Assembly (NCBI GenBank): GCA_950097015.1
Contig: CATNEN010000001.1
Coordinates: 21,018,001-21,082,000 of the forward strand
Direction: 5' to 3'
DNA from: Macrostomum hystrix
Taxonomy: Eukaryota > Animalia > Platyhelminthes
Length of the DNA stretch: 64,000 nucleotides
Of the stretch, positions 10,601 to 21,859 are shown piece by piece. Within the stretch, counting starts at the first letter, position 1. Each line of letters opens with the position of its first letter. Under the pieces are notes generated by a model. That model was not told the origin of the DNA and did not search any database. It worked only from the letters and a program-made list of their open reading frames with translations. The translations under genes and the position numbers were made by a program.

Positions 10601-12244
10601 TGGCCGGAGGATCGGCGATGGAGCGAAGATCTGCGGCCGTTTGCCTCTCGAGCTGCGGAACTGAGCGTGGAGGACGGCTGCCTGCTTTGGGGCACCAGAG
10701 TGGTGGTGCCGGTTCAGGGACGCCTGGCGCTGCTCGAGTGTCTGCACCAAAGTCACCTAGGAGCGTCCAAGCTGAAGTCGCTGGCCAGGAACTATTTTTG
10801 GTGGCCGGGAATGGACGGTGACATCGAGCGGCTCTCGCAGCACTGCCGGCAGTGCAAACTGCATCAGCAAAGCCCACCTCCTGTGCCGCTGCAGCCCTGG
10901 CCCTGGCCTGACAGACCGTGGTCAAGGGTCCACATGGACTACGCTGGACCGTTCGAAGGCAAGATGTTGCTGATTCTGGTCGATGCGCATTCCAAGTGGA
11001 TCGAGGTGCACATCTGCCAGTCCGCGACCAGCTCCGCTACAATCGATAGGCTCCGGCGGACTTTCAGCCAGTTGGGCCTGCCGGAGGTCGTGGTGACGGA
11101 CAACGGTCCCAACTTCGTGAGCCAGGAGATGGAGAGCTTCATGAGCAGCAACGGCATCCGGCATGTCAAGGTGTCGCCTTATCATCCGGCGTCCAACGGC
11201 CTGGCAGAACGCGCGGTACAAACAGTGAAGGCGGCTCTGGTGAAGGGACGGCCGGCGGCTCTGCAGACTCGGCTCGCTAGATTCCTGCTGACCTACCGGG
11301 TGACTCCGCACAGCACGACTGGCGTTCCGCCGAGCCAGCTGATGATGGGCCGGCCTCTGCGAACGCTGCTGGATCTGGTACGTCCGGACGTCTCGGCTGT
11401 GGTCACGCGGCGACAGGAAGCACAGAAGCTACAACACGACAGGCGCGCCAGATCGAGGTCCTTCGAGGAAGGCGACGACGTCGTAGTGCGGGATTTTACG
11501 GGTCAGCAGAAGTGGCTGCCGGCCAGCATCAGCCGACAAACGGCGCCTTTGTCCTACGAGTGCCGGCTGCCTGATGATCGCATTGTACGCCGCCACGCCG
11601 ACCATGTAGCCTCTGCAGGCATCGAACCGCGGACCTCTGGAAGCACGGAACAGCCAATAAATGACGACCTGCGCTACGAATCGGCTGAGGCAGAGGTTCC
11701 GCCGCGACTGCCGCCCACGCCGCCGCCGCCCGCACAGCCACCGACCGCGCCGCCGCCACCCATGCAGCCGCCGCTTCCTCCGACTCCACAGGCGCGGCGT
11801 TCACAGAGGAGCCGAAAATGCCCGGACAGGTTGACGTACAACTGAATGTGTTTTTTTGTTTTTTCTTGACAGACTTTTTTTCACAGCTTTCGCGTGGTCT
11901 TTGCTCCTTCGATTTTTTTTTGTTATTGTTGTCGTGGTGCTGGGAAGCATTTTCTTTTCTTTTTTTTGTTCCTTTTTTTGCTTCTTTTTCGTCTACGTGT
12001 GGAGGGATGTGGTGACTGCGTTTCGCTATCAGTGCAGAGTAGGGGATTGAGGGTGTTATTTTTCTCTCTCTCTCACACAATGTACTCGCGCATGTGCGTA
12101 CTCTGGAGCGCGTGCACGCCCAGAGGTAGCGGCTGATTGGTCAGCCTGGTCAGGCTGAGAAATAAACTTATATTTATTTAGAGAGCTAGGCTTGGCCTGC
12201 TCTGAAAAACTTCTCTCTCTGCAAGCCACGCTGACTTTATTACA
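7628..12244 (+). mobile_element. Intact Ty3/Gypsy LTR retrotransposon B (Mag-like)
   Basis: LTRs 7628-7864 and 12008-12244 (237 bp, TG..CA, one mismatch). TSD GGCGC at 7623-7627 and 12245-12249. PBS TGGCAACGAGG (tRNA-Ser-like) at 7866. Purine tract GGAGGGA precedes the 3' LTR. Confidence 0.97.
7883..11845 (+). CDS. gag-pol: Gag-Pol polyprotein, 1320 aa (gag, 2 CCHC knuckles, protease, RT, RNase H, integrase)
   Basis: CFRCLSTRHLADRC and CFKCGKLGHTAAAC knuckles; IDTGA; LDLSQAY, LPFGI, FIDD; CDSS...EKEAL...SDHKPL; HQSH...CRQC, HMDYAG, TDNG, SNGLAER. The frame is uninterrupted. Confidence 0.97.
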   Translation: MATGLLCSIGPFEPENEDWLQYKERVEQVFIASDIESEDKKRAVFLSVCGKETFKLICSLLAPEKPSETSYANICQKLKEHWKPEPSEIVQRFHFYQRVRASTESVADFLASLRRLAVDCKFGNSLQSMLRDRLVLGIQDDRIQRRLLSEPGLDLEKALKIAQAVELAEKGCTVVRSSQEAAGPAAAASVDRVDQAKATGSGRAPQKCFRCLSTRHLADRCPFIKKGCFKCGKLGHTAAACRRGAGASGADSKPRVGAVQEAEDEDCSSLNTLPSVAAKVPPYLTTVRINGVSCLMEIDTGAAVSLISAKVYQDLLGGIPKLGGTTIRLRNYGGQPVNVMGQLSVTVEIPGKEQKLLPLVVVSGSGSSLIGRNWLSELTLDWRSIKELRERELPAQGNQQVEQLVQKYSAVFSDGLGCYTGEPLKLRTKPGAQPKFFKARTVPFALKSKVEEQLDREIEQGVLQPVSNSEYASPIVPVLKADGSVRICADFKCTVNQDVVPDSYPLPRIEELFAKLTGGQKFTKLDLSQAYQQLPLDSESQRLCTINTSKGLLRYTRLPFGISPAVGMFQRTMDGLLQGRPHTAAFIDDLLVTGTDDAKHLENLEAVLQRLQDAGLKCRADKCRFMQESVSYLGHRIDAGGLHPLESKVSAIVEAPAPQDVTQLRSFLGLINYYGRFLPNLSSVLAPLHRLLDKGAAWPWNSPQESAFHRCKELLLSSQTLVHFDPGKEVILECDSSPYGLGAVICHLIDGVERPIAFASRTLADAEKNYSQTEKEALAVVFGIKRFHTYLYGRNFQLKSDHKPLLGLLHENKAIPPLASARIQRWALLLSSYSYRLQYRKGATLLRADALSRLPLPSKPADAPAPAEVVLLIDSFNEGPVTAAQVRCWTRRDPLLGRVLRFVQEGWPEDRRWSEDLRPFASRAAELSVEDGCLLWGTRVVVPVQGRLALLECLHQSHLGASKLKSLARNYFWWPGMDGDIERLSQHCRQCKLHQQSPPPVPLQPWPWPDRPWSRVHMDYAGPFEGKMLLILVDAHSKWIEVHICQSATSSATIDRLRRTFSQLGLPEVVVTDNGPNFVSQEMESFMSSNGIRHVKVSPYHPASNGLAERAVQTVKAALVKGRPAALQTRLARFLLTYRVTPHSTTGVPPSQLMMGRPLRTLLDLVRPDVSAVVTRRQEAQKLQHDRRARSRSFEEGDDVVVRDFTGQQKWLPASISRQTAPLSYECRLPDDRIVRRHADHVASAGIEPRTSGSTEQPINDDLRYESAEAEVPPRLPPTPPPPAQPPTAPPPPMQPPLPPTPQARRSQRSRKCPDRLTYN

Positions 12245-14742
12245 GGCGCCAATACTGCGAAGGGCTTGAGGGCTTCCGCCCCACTGCCCGAGTGGTAAAA
12301 GCGCTCACTCAAGACCGCTTCTCCAAACTATCCGTGGTTAAGAGACCTGATGGGTCCACCACAGATACACCAGAAGAGACGCTCCAGTTAATGCTCGGGC
12401 ATTTCTTCCCCAGCAACCAGACAGCGCAGGGCCAGCCAGACCACACTGTGGGCGGGCAAGGCCTAGCAAAGTCTCTCGTCACCAAAGACCGCATCATACA
12501 TGCGGCAAAGTCCTTCAATCCGTACAAAGCTCCGGGTCCGGACGGCATTTACCCGGTGTTCCTACACGAGGCAGAAAAAAAAATCGTGGAAAAGCTGGAA
12601 AGGGCTGTGCTGGGTAACAGCTTCGCCCTCTCCGTTTTCCTCGACATCGAGGGGGCCTTCGACAACGTCAGTTTCGAAGCGTTTCGCAGAGCCCTTGAAT
12701 CTAGGGCCACGCACCCCCACCTTGTCCGCTGGATTATGTACATGATCCAGCACCGCTCTGTGGTGGCTAACCTCAATGGACACTCGCTTTCTGCACCAGT
12801 CCAGAAAGGGGGCCCTCAGGGCGGGGTTCTTACTCCTCTCCTTTGGAACCTTGTCATGGATGAGCTGCTTGAGGATGCTCAGCCAGATCCGGTCCAAAAA
12901 GTGGGATACGCTGACGATGTGACCGCCACCTGCGCGGGACCTTCAGCGGACACCATTAGAGACCTCATCCAGAGTTTCATCAACAGAGCAGTAAGCTGGG
13001 CGACCCGCTGCGGGCTCAGACTCTCCGAGTCCAAGACCGTGGCGATCATGTTTACCAGCAAGCTGCGTTGGACCATGAAACCCCTCACTCTCTACGGCAA
13101 GGACATCGCCAAGAGCAAGCAAACTCGTTGCCTTGGTTTGATCTTGGACCTGGAGTCACCTGGAGGCTAAACTGGAGTCACCACCTCCGTTTCAAAACCA
13201 AGAGGGCCCTGGCGATACTGGCGCAAGTCAGGCGAGCCGTTGGCACCACTTGGGGCCTCACCCCCCAGAAGCTCTGGTGGATCTACACAACGATCATCAG
13301 ACCCTCGATCTCGTACGCCAGCCTCGTATGGGCTAGCGCCACGAGTACCCAGGGAAACCTGGATGCGCTTTACAGGGTGCAGGGCAGATCCTGTCGCATG
13401 ACCATGGGCGCCTCACCCTCCCCTCCTTTCGAAGGCATGAACGCCTTCCTGGGAGCCACTCCTTTGGACATATTCGTCAAGGGAGAGGCCGCGAAGACCA
13501 CCAGGCGCCTTATGGATGCGGGCGTGACGTTCAAATTCTCGAGGGCCTTCAAAAAGCGCTCTCTCACTCCCCACTCCGATCTGTGCCTCAAGATTCTGGG
13601 CGAGTGCGAAGGGCTCCACATCCTCTCAGATGCTATACCCGCCACTCTGACCCTGAGCCACAGGTACAAGGTCGAAATTCAGCCTCGCCAGGAGGCAAAC
13701 GACAGCTGGACCGACTCTGAAATCCACTGTTATACCGACGGCTCCCTGATGAACGGAATCTCAGGATTCGGAGCCTGTATCTACAAGGTAGGAGAGGTCG
13801 TCTGGACTCACTCCCAGCACACGGGGAAAAACTCCAGCGTTTTTCAGAACGAGATGCTCGCCATCAGTTCATGTGCAGCAGAGTTGCGCCAGAGGGGGCT
13901 CACTGACCGGAAGATCTTTTTCCACTCCGACAGTCAAGCCGCCCTCCGGGCCCTCGACCGAAGCACCACCTGCTCTAAGACCACCTTGGACTGCAACGCC
14001 CAGCTCAACGAGTTGGCGCGGGCCAACGAGGTCAAGCTCAAATGGATCCCAGGTCACGCTGGCTTCCCAGGGAATGAGATGGCGGACCAGCTCGCAAAAG
14101 CTGGAGCAGCCAGCACCCTGGCTGGGCCAGAACCTGGCGCTCCTATCCCCGCCACTGTGACCAACATCAAGCTGAAACGCTGGATGGAGGCACAGCACCT
14201 GGACAGATGGACCAAGACCCAAAACTGCAAGCAGTCCAGGGCAGCGGTACCATGTCCGTCTCACCGCCTGCGCAAAGCCCTCCTAAGGCTGAACCGCAGA
14301 GATCTCCGCACTGTCAGCATGGCCCTCTCAGGGCATGGCTGCTTCTCTTGGCACCGCTTCCTCCAGGGCCAGCTCCAGGAGGACAAATGCACATTCTGTA
14401 GCTCGGGCAGTGAAAACGCCGAACACTTTATATGCCACTGCCCAGTTTTCACCAGGGCAAGGCTTGAACACCTTGGGCCAAACCCAACTCTCTCCGATGT
14501 TTGCATGCCCGAGAGCATCCCTCAGCTTGCACGGTACCTCCGGGATACGGGGCGAGCCAACGTCTTTCCCACTGACAGTGCGGAGGACCATGCTGCAGGC
14601 GAGTCCGACGGGCCACCCTGAGCAACACCACCTCTCCTGAGGTCGTCTGGTTTGCCAGGGGTTAGCGGAATGGGCGGTCCCCTCCGCCTCCTCGCTGCGT
14701 CCGTCGGTACGGAGCACCCTGCAGATAAGTCAAGTAAGTCAA

Positions 14743-17700
14743 AGGCCCCCGATGTTCCCAGCTTCTCTTAGGGATGCCGCTGGGTTCCCCCCGGTGGGTA
14801 CTCGCTCGGTTCTGCCGGGTGGGTATGCTGATGATAACGGAGCAAAGATCACTCTTTTGCGATCAATCTCTGTCATTGCTGGGATGCCTCCAAGTGGCGA
14901 GAGTCGGGCAACGACAGTGGAGTCTCGTTGTGTTTTCCTTAAATGATATTTTCGTTTTGATATACTTTATTTCAAATATACAATTATGTTAATATTCACT
15001 GCCTTGCTATTTCCTATTCTGATGTTATTTCTATTTGATGATATTTTATTCATATATTTTTAGTTTATTTTGATTTCCGTTAAAAGTTACTTATTAAATA
15101 TATAATCCCGTTCTTTGTTGTTGTTTATTTATTTATTTATCTTCACAACGAGCGAAACTGGCGGCTGAATTCCTAGCAAAATTAGCAACCTGAGGGTCAG
15201 CAGCCCGAAGGATTGCTTCACAGTCTATTGCTACTGAACCAAAATTAAATACTCGTGGGGCGTCGGCCTCTGCCGAGCCCCCATCAGACTGTAGCTCAGA
15301 CACGAAGGCGCGAGGCAATTCTGACCTCATTTGCGACATCTGCGGCGGGGGTCCTTTTAAAACCAAAGCGGGAATGAGAGTACATCAGAGGGGGCAACAT
15401 GCAGATCAATTTCACAAGGAAGAATGCAAGGCCACAAGAAATTCCAATAATTCCAAAAAGGTGGTCTGAGGAAGTGTTGTATTTGGTGGCAAGATTCGAA
15501 GCTAACCTTCCACCAAATCTTATTGCAGTTAATCATGCCATTGTGAAAGCACACATAGTGCCGGACAGAACATTAGATAGTATCAAGGGGGCAAGGAGGA
15601 CAAAAACGTATAAGCTCCTCCTAGATAGAATTAGAAAAGAGTGTAAGGATAGGGAGGAGGCCCCTTTGGCCTCCATCAAAGTCGTCAAGGAGGAATTAGC
15701 AAAGGGTAGAAAGTACACACTTAGGGGGACGGGACAAAGAGCGGGAAACAAAGAGCCAACACCTAACATAGCCTACAAGATACAAGAGATGGAAGAGGCT
15801 GAGGAAGCAGCAGCATTTATCGAAGAGAATAGGACGGACTCCACGTCCTCTGATGAAGAGCTGATGATCTTGGAAGACTTAATATTAAAGGAAAGCCCAG
15901 GAGGATGTAATAAGCCGCCTCCTGGAGCTAGCGCAAACAATAATGTTAAAACCAAAACTCGCCGTACAAGAATGCCAAGAGAAACAAATGATGAGGACAG
16001 TACCAAACCAAAGCATAAAAAGCATGCAAAAAGGAAAAGGAATAATGACATACAATCCGATCTTGACAAAATCTGGGGCTCTGACTCTGAAACAGAGCCT
16101 AAACTCTTTCCAAATCCCACTCCTCCAGACCCCCCGCCGAGTCCACCGGACGAAAGCGACGGGGCAGACACTGATGGTCAGGAAAGGCAGGCATTAAAGG
16201 AATGGTTTTCGGATGATAGAAACAAGATTAGGGGCCAAGAGGATCTTTGGAACAATTTGCAGAGGCTAGTCAGAAAGCAGAGGTGGGATGAAATCGGCAC
16301 TTGTGAGAAACCTTCTTACCACTGCCGAGGAGGTCTAAGCCTATCAGGAAGCGCAGAAAGATTATCAGGGCGGCTAAGAAGAAAGAGAGACGCAGGAGGT
16401 TATTCGCCGAGATGCAGAGGGTCTATGAGAAAGGGAGGAAGAGAGCGGCAGAAGCCATCTTTACAGGAGCGTGGAAATCGTGGGACGACAACAGTAAGGA
16501 GGAAATTAGTATAGAGCAGCTGGCTGGTTATTGGGGGGAGCTTTTGGGTAGGGAATCTTGCGAGGACAATAGAGCTAGAAACAGAAGGGATAGGGTGGTG
16601 GGACTTTTAAATCCAATCTCTATTCAGGAAGTGCAGACTGCGTTAAAAGGGCTCGCGCCGGGTCCGGATGGGGTCAAGGTTGACACTCTCAAACAGATGG
16701 ATCTCAATCTCTTAGTCCTACTTTGTCTCAATGGAGCCCTGATTTGCGGGAAAACTCTCTCCTTTCAAAAACACTCGCACAATCCTCATTCCGAAAAGCG
16801 ACTCACCAACAGGTCCTGGCGACTTTCGCCCAATTTCTATGTCAAAGTTATGTTGTAGGGTGTACCATAAGATTATCGCGTCTAGGCTTTCCAAGCATAT
16901 TAGTATCCTCGCCACTCAAAGAGGCTTTAGACTAGGGCTCGATGGGGTTTCGGCCAACCATTTTGTGGTCGAAAGCCTCATTGCAGATGCTAAATTAGGT
17001 AACAGTAATTTGTTTTTAGCCTTTATTGACTTAAAGAAGGCCTTTGACTCTGTCTACCACGACACGCTTGTGGCGGCGGCGGAGAGAGTCGGAGTGCCTA
17101 ACCTCCTTTGTAAATATATTTCATCTTTTTATCATGACAATTTTACCTTTTTATTTGGCAAAAAGATCAAAATCAAAAGAGGAGTTAAGCAGGGAGACCC
17201 GCTTTCTCCTATCCTTTTTCTCTTTGTCATAGATGAGCTGCTTGCAGCACTTGACAGCAACATCGGCTACATGATCGAGGGCCATAGAATAAATAGTGCA
17301 GGCTTCGCCGACGATATTGCAATAGCGGCGTCCTCAGCACCAGGCCTGAGGGCATTGCTAAGTCAATTTGAAGCAGCGCTGAAGGGCTCTGGCCTGGAAG
17401 CAAATCCGTCGAAATGCGCCAGCCTCTCTATTATATATGATGGCAAGAAAAAGAGGTGGCTGAATGACACCGATGCGAAATTTAAAATACATGATACCGT
17501 AATGCCGAGTATTGGCCCTGACGAAACCTACGCCTACCTTGGATTAGGCATCAATGCTAAAGGTGCAGTCACAAACGGCCTAGATTTGCTGAAAGACCTT
17601 TTAAGTAAACTGCGTGAGGCGCCGCTACGCCCACAGCAAAGGCTTTACTTCTTACGGAATAATGTACTACCTAAAGTATTATATCAGTTTGTGCACGGAA

Positions 17701-19224
17701 GGGTGCATTTGAAAGCCTTGGAGGATGCAGATATTTTAATGCGTAACTTTACTAAACATATCCTCAAACTTCCACATGATACATGCGACGGCAGTTGACG
17801 GCGGACTAGGTATTAGCAGTTTTACTACAAACGTACCGTATCAAAAGAAAGCTAGACTAGACTACTTACTTAACTGTACCGACCCGTGCATTAGGGACTT
17901 AGCCAATAGACCAAGAATTAAGAATAAATACACGATGGGTCCACAAGTACATGTTTTTAATAGAACAAAATTAATAAACAGCTTCTGGGCCGACAAACTG
18001 CACTCCACTTTCGATGGAGCAGGCCTGGCGGAGGCAAATAATGTTCGACAGGTACATTTTTGGGTTACGGATGGCACCAATGTTCTCTCATCTGAAATGT
18101 ACATTAAATGCCTAATAAAAATTAGGGGTAACCTTTGGCCCACGAGAGCCAGAGCGTCCAGGGGGAGACACAAGGTGCCAAACTGTGATGCGGGTTGCCG
18201 CCAGCCGGAAGGTCTAGGTCATATGCTCCAACAGTGCGATCGGACCTTCGACAGGCGCAATGCGAGGCATAACAAAATCCTAGACCGCATCAGCAAACTA
18301 TTAATTGAGCGCAATTTTGACATGGTAAAAGAACCGTCAATTGCCACTGATAAGGGCATTCGCAAGCCAGATATCGTCTGCGTTAAAGACGGCGTTGGCT
18401 GGATTGCGGATGTGTCCATTGTTGCGGATCTAGGAAGGGGAACACTTAGAGATGCAGCAAGTCGCAAAGTAAACTACTATAACAAAGCGCAAATAAAAAG
18501 CTGGGTCCAGAATAAGTACAACATTACAAACGTCAAAGTGGCGGGCCTTATCTGGAATTGGAGAGGATGTATTGAGCAGGGGACGTTTTCTCTGCTCAAG
18601 CGCTGGGGACTTTCCACGGCGGACATCCGACTCCTCACAATAATGGTCCTCGAAGGCGGAGTATATACCTCGGAGGTTTTTAACCGTAGAACCTTCCGGG
18701 GAGGTTGAGCGGCTCAATGGCTGGCCCTCGCCCGGGGTTCAAACTAGGAGTCTGGTCGGTCTTTCTAGGTGCAGTGCGTGGGGGGGTGGGTCACTAGAGG
18801 GAGGGTCCTGGGGTCCGGCTCTGGTGTGTGTAGGGTGTGTGCATTAGGACCTCCGCCCCAGTTGTTTCGTGCGCGAGGCTTTTTGAGCCATTTTTGACGG
18901 GGGGACCGGTGATGTAGGGGGCCGGCGGTGGCAGCGCCGGCGGGTGTGGAGCGGAGTTGGTAGGTCGCGGGATCTGGGCTTTCTTTTTTCATTCTTCGTC
19001 TCTCCTTCCCCGCTTCCAATAGGCGTTAACCACATCGGGTGAAGCCTATTTGTGTTTTTTTAATATATTTCTTCCTGTGCTTTCTCCGGCCTTTTATTTA
19101 ACGACGTCGTTTTAGACGCAATGTAAATCTCTTCCTTGGCGGATGTGCAGCTCCGCATCTGCGTTTTTCGCTTATTCCAACTTATAAAAATCAAATGTCA
19201 CTTGTTATTGTCGTCAGAATAAAC
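14743..19224 (+). mobile_element. R2-clade non-LTR retrotransposon (zinc finger, Myb, RT, RLE), frameshifted
   Basis: C2H2 finger CDICGGGPFKTKAGMRVHQRGQH at ~15332-15400. Myb: KRWSEEV...DRTLDSIKGARR. RT: IDLKKAFDSV, GVKQGDPLSP, FADD. CCHC: CDAGC...HMLQQC. RLE: RHNKI, KPDIV, DVSIV, K..YY. Pieces lie in different frames. Ends are approximate. Confidence 0.9.
14761..14930 (+). ncRNA. Degenerate HDV-like self-cleaving ribozyme in the R2 5' UTR
   Basis: GCC-TCCAAGT-GGC (P3/L3, 14886-14898), 7-nt P1' GAGAGTC, GG (P1.1), and P4 CAACGA...TCGTTG follow the HDV register. J4/2 with the catalytic C and P2' are not recognisable. Confidence 0.5.
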
Positions 19225-20030
19225 ATGCGACCGTTGAGTGTTGGGCGTGAGACCTTCGAAGCCCTTCGTGACGTCTCGATGAGACACTGCAAAGACGGTC
19301 AGGGAACCAGAGAAATATTTTAAATTCACCTCTGGTCCATCAATGTCCAGCTTAATGAATATTCTTATTATCTTTACTTGTTGTCGTTGACAAAAGCCAA
19401 TTGCACACGGCTATTTCTAAGAAATGAGGAAACATAGGAAATCGACTATCTTTTCCTGATGTTGCACTCACTTTAGATCTTATGCTCTCAATCGGATTAT
19501 ATTTAGATGAACTTGGAATAAACAATCACAAAGATGAAAACTCACTGTAAAATTAACTGAGAGGTGTTTCCCAAACACAAATGGTTAATGGTTACTCACG
19601 GATCCTCTTGTTAGATCACAATCGGAGGAAGTATGGTCTCAAATTAAAGATTGGATAAGAATTCAAGGAATTCTAACTTCAATGAAATAAGTCTAGTTTC
19701 TGACTAAGGTGTAGTCTGAGTATTGTAGCTGGCCAGGGATAGCAATGGCTAGCGAAGAGAATGAGTGGATTATATCAACTGCGGCTGGCTTGCGTAAGAG
19801 GAATTCAGGGAGAAAAAGGTTGGGGAAACACTTTCTCTCAGTGCAAGAACTTTAATATTACTTGACCAACGGCGGTCATTCGCCAGAATTTTCTAGGCGA
19901 ATCCTAGGGCTCTTGCAATCGCATTTTTGCATAATAGGAAAACAGAGTATTTTTTGGTTTTTTTATATAAGCGCATATAGGCGTGAATCGCATGGGTTAA
20001 ATTGTAACACTTCATTACTTGGTGATGCAG

Positions 20031-20279
20031 GTCCTGGCGCAACGCTTTGCGGAGAGCCCGAGCGACGAAGCTCAGGCGTTTGTATTTCCGTACGGCTCAT
20101 TCGACCGCCTATTTTACCAGAATAGAAAACGGTACTCACCGCTGCTGCACAATGGCACTCTTTCTAAATTCTGCGAGTCGCTGGAAATGATGGGCCTGGG
20201 AAACGCAACGGCGAAAGAATAGCGCTTGATGGCAGATCATCAAAACCACACCGAAGGAGTGCAGCGCCGCTTTTACCAG
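20031..20279 (+). pseudogene. Pseudo-exon of a tyrosine recombinase (Crypton-like) catalytic C-terminus
   Basis: 249-bp segment bounded by AG and GTAAG. Reads ...GTLSKFCESLEM...LMADHQNHTEGVQRRFYQ with H-x8-Y spacing. In-frame TAG at 20220-20222. Confidence 0.5.
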
Positions 20280-21029
20280 GTAAGATTTAATCAATTTATC
20301 ATTATAATCGCTTTAAAAACTAGGAATTTCTCAAGCTGGAAGCTTTATTACATATATTCCTCCTTTCACTTTCACTTTCCCTTTCACAATGAATATATCA
20401 CTTTCACTATTTGAAAAGCTTCACTTTATAGTATTTTGTGAAATTTAGTGTTTATGAAACAAAAAGGGTCCAAAAAGGAATGTATTGTTAGAATTAAGTT
20501 TGCTTTTATTATTATCAATCTTTTCGTCCCAACACGCAATCTAATTAGACCCAGACTAAGAAAAGAAGAGAGAAGGGCCGCCAGCTCACAAAGCGACTTG
20601 TCACGTAGGGCGCCGTCGTGCGTAAAAAGGACGTCAACGCCAAGGCTCCGCTGCTCGGCAATGACCTGCAATCGGCTGCTATAAGCTTTGCGAATTGAGA
20701 TTTTCGTGAATTTTGACCTCAGTGAATTTGGTCGATTTGGCCAAGTGAATCAGGACCTCAGGGAGTCAGGACATAAGGGAATCGAAACCTGTATGCTTGT
20801 ACGCTAAGTTGCAGTGTCGGTGCTATAAGGAAAGTATTTTTTAATAATGGGTGCTGAGGCTATAACAACTTTATAAATACATTATCAAATGACACCGTTC
20901 TTTAGCTGCCGAAGGAGGGATTCGCAGAGATCCAGCCAGAAAAACATCCGCAAAAGCCAAGCAGTGCTAGTGGCAAAAATCAACCAACGCTTCGGTGGCT
21001 GGTCCGAAGGCGAAACGACCGAGTGGTGG

Positions 21030-21166
21030 CGCCCGCGGATGCTGCTGCTGGCGCCGTTCTGCCCGCGGATGCTGCTGCTGGCGCCGATCTTCCCGCGGAT
21101 GCTGCTGCTGGCGCCGTTCTGCCCGCGGATGCTGCTGCTGGCGCCGTTCTGCCCGAGGATGCTGCA
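21030..21166. repeat. GC-rich 30-bp tandem repeat, ~4.5 copies
   Basis: Unit GCCCGCGGATGCTGCTGCTGGCGCCGTTCT. Confidence 0.9.
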
Positions 21167-21859
21167 GGCGACTCTCTGGACAGCTTGATAAATTTTTCGT
21201 TCTCTTCTTCGATGGCAGATACTAACTGCGGTTCGAGATGCACAAAAGAAGTGAGCATCGACGCCCCACATCGAGCATCGGGTCAAGTGCGTGGTTGCAC
21301 TAGTGGCGGTTCTTGGCTGCAGTCCCAGGCGAGCGGCTTGTGCTACGACATGCAGAGAATTTTTTATACCCATGTGGTCCAGCAGGAGACAAGTGGTCCA
21401 CTACAAAACTGACTACAAAAAGAGTCCAATTCCGGTTTTACCATGCGCGCGTAACTGCATTTTAACCGCTTTCGCGAGGGGTACTTCGCGCAAATGCCGA
21501 TTCGTCTAGCCGGTGGCGTTCGAGCTGAATTATGGAAATATCCGTTGGATTTTTTCCCCAAGGATATTCCTCAGTGATTTTTTTTCATTTTTTAACTAAT
21601 TCAGCAGGACATGACGATGATTATTTCGAGTTTACTAACTCGTTACAATATACTAGAGCTGTCTGACGAAATATAGAACTAACGCTGTATTAAAAAAACA
21701 AGACCAAATTAGGCTAAAAACCACTCTTCACTAGTCTCCAGCTCTCTCAATACTCGTACAACTTCGCCACTTGTGAAAGGCTGAGTAGGGCAGGGGCCGT
21801 GACCCCCTCCCAGGCCCCCTCCCAGACCCCCTCCCAGACCCCCTCCCAGGCATAGATCA

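Larger units (their letters stand above)
5746..14742 (+). mobile_element. R1/LOA-type non-LTR retrotransposon (ORF1 3' part; ORF2 APE-RT-RNaseH-CCHC), degenerate, split by Gypsy B
   Basis: ORF1 stop overlaps ORF2 start (ATGA at 6593-6596). APE: LQINTQH, FVQEPW, GDVNAHH, SDH. RT: LDIEGAFD, PQGGVLTPLLWN, YADD. RNase H: YTDGS, DSQAAL, WIPGH, GNEMADQLAK. CCHC: CTFC...H...C. Frameshifts occur near 7280, 7530 and 13150. Tail TAAGTCAAGTAAGTCAA. Confidence 0.9.
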
